A DNA stretch of 63,279 nt, taken from the NCBI GenBank assembly GCA_030446285.1, contig JASUSC010000002.1, forward strand, positions 1 to 63,279. Direction: 5' to 3'. The translations under genes and the position numbers were made by a program. Below the pieces are notes generated by a model. The model was given only the letters and a program-made list of their open reading frames with translations, did no database searches and had not been told where the DNA came from. Positions 57,789 through 63,279 of this stretch are shown here, one piece after another (the stretch's first letter is position 1; the number at the start of each line of letters is the position of its first letter). Source of the DNA: Eubacteriales bacterium (GTDB lineage Bacteria > Bacillota > JASUSC01).

Positions 57789-57948
57789 CCCGCTTACCTA
57801 TAACAGTAACACAATTGGCATACCGCTGCAACCGGCAAAAAAAGAGGAAGAAAAGGGGTTTTTCGCAGTTGCCGAACCACTCTCCCTGAGCGGCTACCCT
57901 TTTTCCTCTTGGGAAATAAAAAAAGCCCGGCAAAAACCGGTCCTGAAG

Positions 57949-58494
57949 TTAACGGGCAAAGACGTGACGACCGATAACCTTAATTACCGGCCGGCTCCAG
58001 ACCCACCTGCTCGTAGCCGTCTGGGGGTTCCAGTAATACAGAGCCCCACCGGTGGGGTCCTCGCCGGCCAGAGCAGCCTCAACAGCCAGGTAAGCCTTCC
58101 TGTCTGGCTGAAGATAAAACTGCCCGTCCGCCACCGCCGTAAAAGCGTCGGGCTCAAAAATTACTTCTTCCACCGTATCCGGAAACTGCGGCGACTCCAG
58201 CCGATTTAAGACTACCGCTGCCACAGCCACCTGACCGACAAAAGGCTCACCCCTGGCTTCCCCGAACACCAAATGGGCCAGGAGTTCTTTATCCCGCTCG
58301 CTCAGATTTATCTTCTCTTCTTTTTTGTCCTTATCCTTCCTTTCTACCTTTTTCTCTTTTTCCACCCAAAGAAAGGGATTGAGCAGAGAATTAGCCTCGC
58401 CGTTCTGGCGCCCGTAAACGGGCTGCGGCAGAAGGATCGCCGCCACCGCCACGGACAGGGCCAGCAGCATAGTCAGAGTTCTCTTTTTCATCAT
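57949..58494 (-). CDS. SleB/CwlJ-family cell-wall (spore cortex) hydrolase
   Basis: 181 aa; signal peptide, then LAHLVFGEARGEPFVGQVAVAAVVLNRLESPQFPDTVEEVIF...FTAV (Hydrolase_2 pattern). Confidence 0.85.
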   Translation of the reverse strand: MMKKRTLTMLLALSVAVAAILLPQPVYGRQNGEANSLLNPFLWVEKEKKVERKDKDKKEEKINLSERDKELLAHLVFGEARGEPFVGQVAVAAVVLNRLESPQFPDTVEEVIFEPDAFTAVADGQFYLQPDRKAYLAVEAALAGEDPTGGALYYWNPQTATSRWVWSRPVIKVIGRHVFAR

Positions 58495-58599
58495 CCCGCG
58501 TCCCTCCTTTGCAACAAAAAAGGAAAGGAAATTTTCCTCCGTCGGCAGGGACCGGGACTATGATACACTGCAGTATATACTTATCTCAATACTAAAATA

Positions 58600-59121
58600 T
58601 TACCAACTTGGCCAGGGCTCGAACTCTTTTTCCACCACCTTCCCGGCCGCCATAGTCGCCCGCACATCGATAAAACGCTGATTGGATGAGCCGCGGAAAG
58701 GCAGATGCAGGTCCCGCAGCTCTTCCACATAAGGTCCGTCGACCACGTAATCGGCCAGTTCCAGGAGTTTTTTTACCCCCTCTTGTTCCCGGGCCATCTC
58801 CTGAAGTTCTTCCCACGTATAGCCGGTGTAGACCACTACGTTCAGGTTGCGCTTCTTTACCTCCTCGGCGAGATACGCCATGGCTTCTGCCTGGAGAAAA
58901 GGTTCGCCGCCACTCAGGGTAACCCCTCGCAGGAGAGGGTTTTTCTCAATATCCCGGACGATTTCTTCTACGTCCTTGAGTTCCCCTCCCTCCAGGTCCC
59001 AGGTCTCAGGGTTGTGACAGTTGCGGCAGCGGTGGGGACAGCCCTGGGCAAAGACCACGTAACGCAACCCCGGGCCGTCTACCACTGATTCCTTTACAAT
59101 TCCAGCAAGGCGAATTTTCAT
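58600..59121 (-). CDS. nrdG: anaerobic ribonucleoside-triphosphate reductase activating protein (radical SAM)
   Basis: ATG at 59121 after the RBS GGAGGGAAG; ESVVDGPGLRYVVFAQGCPHRCRNCHNPETW and TLSGGEPFLQ. Confidence 0.9.
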   Translation of the reverse strand: MKIRLAGIVKESVVDGPGLRYVVFAQGCPHRCRNCHNPETWDLEGGELKDVEEIVRDIEKNPLLRGVTLSGGEPFLQAEAMAYLAEEVKKRNLNVVVYTGYTWEELQEMAREQEGVKKLLELADYVVDGPYVEELRDLHLPFRGSSNQRFIDVRATMAAGKVVEKEFEPWPSW

Positions 59122-59236
59122 TGCGATCTTCCCTCCGCTAAAAGGTTGTAAATTATCCCTATTCCGCATAAAAAGGGTTAAAACCTTACAATAATAAAAG
59201 TGAAGAGGGCAAATATCAAAAAAGGAGGTCATGCTT

Positions 59237-59452
59237 GTGAGCGTTTACTGCACCGTATCCAACTGCCAGTGGTGGAACAACAACAAATGCTCGGCCGAGA
59301 GCATCCTCATCACCAGCGACTCGGTCAGCGACAATTTGCCCGAAAAATACGATTATCCCCATTTAAACCAAATCGTGCAGCAGGTGGGAACCACCCCTGT
59401 CAGCAACAGCATGGAGAGTTGCTGCAAGACCTTCACCCACAAGAAAGGTTAA
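59237..59452 (+). CDS. DUF1540-family small Cys-rich protein
   Basis: VYCTVSNCQWWNNNKCSAESILI ... MESCCKTF shows the repeated C-x-V-x-x-C pattern of DUF1540. AAGGAGG is 8 nt before GTG at 59237. Confidence 0.7.
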   Translation: MSVYCTVSNCQWWNNNKCSAESILITSDSVSDNLPEKYDYPHLNQIVQQVGTTPVSNSMESCCKTFTHKKG

Positions 59453-59456
59453 AGGC

Positions 59457-59482
59457 AAGGCCGCGGAGAAAACCGCGGCCTT
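59457..59482. terminator. bidirectional hairpin terminator between the DUF1540 gene and nrdD
   Basis: AAGGCCGCGG-AGAAAA-CCGCGGCCTT, overlapping the nrdD stop codon. Confidence 0.75.
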
Positions 59483-61508
59483 ATTCCCTTTCTAACAGGC
59501 GGTGGGGAACCCGGTCATACAGTTCAGCCCGTTTGGCGTCGTTGAAGCGATCCACAGTGCTCAGATAACCAGTGATGCGGCGCACCCGCTTGATGTCCAC
59601 GCTGCCGCATGAAGGACACTCGTTCTCGTTTATTACTCCCAGATAGCTGCACTTCGTGCAGAAATCCACCGGGAAGTTAATACCGGCGTAGCCCATGTCA
59701 CATTCCTTCATGTAGCGGAGGATATCCTCCACCGCTTCTAAATTGTGAATGGGCGGGGCGGAAAACTCTACATAACTGATGTGCCCGCCGTTGCAGTACT
59801 TGTGGTAAGGCCCTTCAATTTTAATTTTCTCGTAGGCGCTGATGGGGAAGGAAACGGGGACGTGGAAGGAGTTGGTGTAATAGGGCTTGTCCGTAATACC
59901 GGGAATTACGCCATATTCTTTGCGGTCGATGCTGACAAACCGGCCCGAGAGCCCCTCCGCCGGCGTGGCCAGAAGAGAGAAGTTGAGATCGTACTCCTCG
60001 CAGGCTTCGTCCACCCGCCGCCGCATGTGGGCGACAATTTCCAGCCCTAATTGCTGCGCCTCCTCCGACTCACCGTGGTGCTTGCCCACCAGGCCGACGA
60101 GAGTCTCCGCCAAGCCGATAAAGCCGACAGAAAGGGTGCCGTGAACAATGGCCTTTCTAATTTCATCGCAGGGTTTGAGATCAGCCGAATCCAGGTACAA
60201 GCCCTGCCCCATGAGGAAGGGCATGTCCTTTACTTTCAGCCGCGCCTGCACTTCAAAGCGATGCAACAGTTGCTGGATAACCAGTTCGATCACCCGGTCC
60301 AGTTCTTTGAAAAACTTGGTGATGTTGTGGCCGGACTTAATGGCCAGACGGGGCAAGTTGATGGTGGTAAAGGAGAGGTTTCCCCGTCCTTCCGAAATCT
60401 CCGGACCGCGCCGGTTGGCAATTACCCGCGTCCGGCAACCCATGTAGCTGACTTCCGTCCCGTAAGGAGCGTTGAAAGAAGAGTCCATGAAGCTGAAGGT
60501 GGGGTTAAGCCGGCGGGAAGCCACTCGGATGGCTAACTTGAACAGGTCGTAGTTGGGATCTCCTTCTTTGAAGTTAATGCCGTCCTTCACCCGGAATATG
60601 ATGTTGGGGAAGATGGGATTTTCCCCGCGGCCCAGGCCCCGTTCGTAGGCCAGGAGCAGGTTTTTAATCACCATCCGCCCTTCGGGAGTGGTATCGGTGC
60701 CGATATTGAGACTGCTGAAGGGCACCTGCGCCCCGGCCCTGGAGTGCATGCTATTGAGGTTGTAGATAAAGGCCTCCATGGCCTGGTAGACTTCGTTATC
60801 GTCCGCTCCCTTGACAAACTGGGCAATATCCCGGTCAAAGAAGGCGAAAGACTGACCGCCGTGCATGTCGTTCTGGGAGCTCTGGAGGATGATGGCCGCT
60901 AACGCCGTGGCCGAAGAAGGCCGCTTGGGCGGGCGGATGTAACCGTGGCCGTTATCAAAACCCTCCCGCAACAGCCGGCCCAAAGGAATTTGGATGCAGT
61001 TTAAGGTCTTACCGTAAAAGTCCAGGTCATGGATGTGAATATCGCCGTTAATATGAGCCTCTGCCTGCTCCGGCGGAATAAGCCGGCTCAGGTAATATTT
61101 CTTGCTGGCAGCACTGGCGATCTGGAGCATTTTCGCCGAAGGAGAGTTGCTGATGTTGGCATTTTCCCGGTGCGTTTCTTTTAAAATTTCTTCCACCGCA
61201 TCCATTAATTCAGACTTAGCTTCCCGAATGCGGGTGCGGTAAGCCCGGTAAAGAATGTACGCTTTGGCCGTTTTCGCATGTCCTTCCTCGATAAGAACTT
61301 TTTCGACCGCGTCCTGAACATCCTCCACGTTGGGAATAGTTCCCTTAAAGTGTTCCTCCAAGTACTTGATGACCTTGAGGGTCAGCTCCATGGCCGTGGT
61401 TCGGTCCTGCCCCCCTACCGCCTGGGCCGCTTTAAAAATAGCCTCAGTTATTTTGTTGGGGTCAAAATCCACCACCCGGCCATCACGCTTTTGAATGGAT
61501 TTGAACAT
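59481..61508 (-). CDS. nrdD: anaerobic ribonucleoside-triphosphate reductase (class III, glycyl radical)
   Basis: 675 aa; N-terminal ATP-cone, C-terminal zinc ribbon CTKCSY...CPSCGS and the glycyl-radical motif RVRRITGYL. Confidence 0.95.
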   Translation of the reverse strand: MFKSIQKRDGRVVDFDPNKITEAIFKAAQAVGGQDRTTAMELTLKVIKYLEEHFKGTIPNVEDVQDAVEKVLIEEGHAKTAKAYILYRAYRTRIREAKSELMDAVEEILKETHRENANISNSPSAKMLQIASAASKKYYLSRLIPPEQAEAHINGDIHIHDLDFYGKTLNCIQIPLGRLLREGFDNGHGYIRPPKRPSSATALAAIILQSSQNDMHGGQSFAFFDRDIAQFVKGADDNEVYQAMEAFIYNLNSMHSRAGAQVPFSSLNIGTDTTPEGRMVIKNLLLAYERGLGRGENPIFPNIIFRVKDGINFKEGDPNYDLFKLAIRVASRRLNPTFSFMDSSFNAPYGTEVSYMGCRTRVIANRRGPEISEGRGNLSFTTINLPRLAIKSGHNITKFFKELDRVIELVIQQLLHRFEVQARLKVKDMPFLMGQGLYLDSADLKPCDEIRKAIVHGTLSVGFIGLAETLVGLVGKHHGESEEAQQLGLEIVAHMRRRVDEACEEYDLNFSLLATPAEGLSGRFVSIDRKEYGVIPGITDKPYYTNSFHVPVSFPISAYEKIKIEGPYHKYCNGGHISYVEFSAPPIHNLEAVEDILRYMKECDMGYAGINFPVDFCTKCSYLGVINENECPSCGSVDIKRVRRITGYLSTVDRFNDAKRAELYDRVPHRLLERE

Positions 61509-61535
61509 ACTGCCCCTCCTCCTTATCTAAAAAAC

Positions 61536-62015
61536 TTAATTTTTTGCTTCTTCCCCTTGGGTTTTCCGCATTCGCTGCAGGCGATCCAGTTCCCGCACAA
61601 AACCGGAAACGTCTTCGAACTGGCGGTAAACGGAGGCAAACCTGACATAGGCCACTTCATCAATCTCCCGCAACTTTTCCAGCACCATCTCGCCGATTCT
61701 CACCGAATCAACTTCCGCCACCATGGCATTCTGCAGGTCTTTTTCTATTTCATCTACCACCTTTTCCATCACCTGCAGGGGAATGGGACGTTTCTCACAG
61801 GCTTTGATTATACCGCCTAAAATTTTATCCCGGTTGAAAACCTCTCGGCGCCCGTCCCGCTTTACCACCACAATGGGAACCCCATCCACCTTCTCATAAG
61901 TGGTAAAGCGACGGCCGCAGCCGCAACATTCCCGCCGGCGGCGAACAGCCCGCCCGTCCTCTACTGTCCGTGAATCCAGGACCCTGCTCTCTTCTCCGCA
62001 AAAGGGACAGCGCAT
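61536..62015 (-). CDS. nrdR: transcriptional repressor NrdR
   Basis: MRCPFCGEESRVLDSR...RRRRECCGCGRRFTTYE zinc ribbon plus ATP-cone. It lies 27 nt upstream of nrdD. Confidence 0.93.
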   Translation of the reverse strand: MRCPFCGEESRVLDSRTVEDGRAVRRRRECCGCGRRFTTYEKVDGVPIVVVKRDGRREVFNRDKILGGIIKACEKRPIPLQVMEKVVDEIEKDLQNAMVAEVDSVRIGEMVLEKLREIDEVAYVRFASVYRQFEDVSGFVRELDRLQRMRKTQGEEAKN

Positions 62016-62097
62016 AACTATCACCTGATTTTCAGAATATTCCGCAGCAGGAAATGGACTTCCGGCGGCGAATTTTTTGGGCGAAAAAGGCCTTCCT

Positions 62098-62113
62098 CTA
62101 CAAGATGTTGTGC
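62098..62113. promoter_or_regulatory. NrdR box 1
   Basis: The reverse complement GCACAACATCTTGTAG has 3 mismatches to the core CACwAtATaTwGTG. Confidence 0.6.
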
Positions 62114-62128
62114 TTCCTTTATTATGGT

Positions 62129-62144
62129 ATCACAATATATAGCA
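62129..62144. promoter_or_regulatory. NrdR box 2
   Basis: ATCACAATATATAGCA has 2 mismatches to the NrdR-box core. Its centre is 32 bp from box 1, the typical tandem spacing. Confidence 0.65.
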
Positions 62145-62515
62145 GCTGCAAAGGCAAATTATTCCAGAAAAGAGGAAGAGAAAAGACGAAAAAACCTTGT
62201 CAAAAAAAGAAAACCGGGATTTCCCCCGTTTTTTTACTCCTAAAATTCTACAATTGACAATTTTCAGAAACGTCTAACTTCCTGGTGAATGGTACTGAGC
62301 TGCTCCGTGACAGTTGAAACCCACACCGCGGTTATCAAGCCGGAGCAGGGCCGAACTTTTGCTGAAAGTTCCATCCTCCCGCAGCCAGCTGGTAAAAGCC
62401 GTCCAGTACCCCGTCGTCCTGGCCCTGGTCCTATGCGCCCGGTGACAGCTCTAACAGAAAAGCTTACCGCTCTCCAAAGGGAGTGCCTTTTTCCATGTCA
62501 CCGCCGAAAAAGTAC

Positions 62516-62538
62516 AAAAAAACCCTCCCTGCGGAGGG
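62516..62538 (-). terminator. intrinsic terminator after tatA
   Basis: CCCTCC-GCAG-GGAGGG followed by TTTTTTT on the minus strand. Confidence 0.85.
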
Positions 62539-62545
62539 CCTCGTT

Positions 62546-62749
62546 TCAGGAATTCTTTCCAGCCGTTTCTTCCCCGACATTTACCGCCTCGCTAATTTCC
62601 TTTTCCACTTCCCGCGATGCCCGGCGGAATTCGTTTATTCCCTTGGCGAGGGAGCGGGCTAACTCAGGAATCTTTTTGGGGCCGAAAATAATCAAAGCAA
62701 TAACCAAGATAAGAAGAAGCTCCTGCGTACCAAGACCGAAAAACGACAT
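62546..62749 (-). CDS. tatA: twin-arginine translocase subunit TatA/E
   Basis: 67 aa; GTQELLLILVIALIIFGPKKIPELARSLAKGINEFR is canonical TatA. Confidence 0.93.
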   Translation of the reverse strand: MSFFGLGTQELLLILVIALIIFGPKKIPELARSLAKGINEFRRASREVEKEISEAVNVGEETAGKNS

Positions 62750-62753
62750 AAAA

Positions 62754-62957
62754 TCACCTCCTGTAATTCCGTAAATGGGTCACCCTCAGGGGACCCTGCT
62801 CGCCTTTCCTGTAATCCTGCGCTTCAAGGTAAAATTCCAAAGGCAGAGAAAGGACCTCGTCCACCAGGAATCCGACCTTTCCGCCTTCTCTTACTGAAAC
62901 TATTTTAACATATCTTTTGCATTTTTCACAGACACAAACTTGATATGTCCGTGTCAA
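62754..62957 (-). pseudogene. C-terminal fragment of an FdhE-like Cys-rich protein
   Basis: 67 aa; CVCEKCKRYVKIV...DEVLSLPLEFYLEAQDY resembles the last zinc-ribbon and C-terminus of FdhE. The upstream portion is replaced by IS30-type sequence. Confidence 0.45.
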
Positions 62958-63053
62958 GATTAAGGAGGGTTAATTGTAGAATCAAAAGCGACAGCATAAA
63001 AAAGTAGAACCATAGCGTGGTGTCAAATCAAACACATACGGAGGGTTTCAGCT

Positions 63054-63279
<226 letters not shown>

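Noticed and set aside
59122-59230. Possible NrdR box (ACAATAATAAAAGTGA) in the nrdG/DUF1540 divergent region.
   Set aside because: It has six mismatches to the 16-nt consensus and no tandem partner.
62440-62470. ACAGAAAAGCTTACCG resembling the RNase P RNA ACAGAA..GCUUA segment, and CCCGGTGACAGCTCTAAC resembling the ydaO (c-di-AMP) riboswitch 3' motif.
   Set aside because: Other obligatory motifs (GGAAAGUCCGG for RNase P; GGGGGACCCA and GGGGUGAAUCC for ydaO) are missing, and the region is too short for RNase P.
62289-62774. 161-aa plus-strand ORF.
   Set aside because: It overlaps tatA and its terminator in antisense, has a Pro/Arg/Ser-rich composition, and has no RBS.

Overview
High-GC (~57-60%) chromosomal segment of a spore-forming Firmicute, probably a thermophilic Clostridia/Moorella-type organism (taxon is inference). 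About 65 of ~70 genes lie on the minus strand. The core is housekeeping and partly syntenic with Bacillus subtilis: ppdK-PDRP-ccpN, a T-box-controlled glyQS, recO-yqzL, rpsU-yqeY, mtaB-rsmE-prmA, a CIRCE/HrcA-controlled hrcA-chaperonin-grpE-dnaK-dnaJ operon, sigG/spoIIR/SASP/ylmC sporulation genes, a duplicated ANTAR-regulator/glutamine-synthetase nitrogen module, a citrate-synthase-like/IDH pair, a complete his operon (yerC-hisZ | hisGDCBHAF-IE), a PhoPR/WalRK-like two-component pair, and nrdR-nrdD/nrdG. An accessory, defence-type island (~11.1-20.65 kb) interrupts this core. It holds an intact type I R-M system (hsdMSR plus a small DUF45 metallopeptidase-like gene), a decayed vapBC-like TA pair, an IS200/IS605 tnpA-tnpB fusion remnant with nested hairpins, a frameshifted and truncated DUF262 (GmrSD-like) gene, and a sharply low-GC (~35%) two-gene cassette. 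That cassette encodes a minimal COG0523/G3E P-loop GTPase translationally coupled to an unassigned 123-aa protein, and is my best candidate for an undescribed module. Other points worth a second look are the archaeal-type (group III) chaperonin inside the dnaK operon, the twin atypical-receiver ANTAR units with a leader attenuator, a promoter/operator-like repeat cluster inside the his operon, several unexplained structured intergenic regions, and an IS30-type transposase at the right edge. No rRNA, tRNA or CRISPR array was seen.
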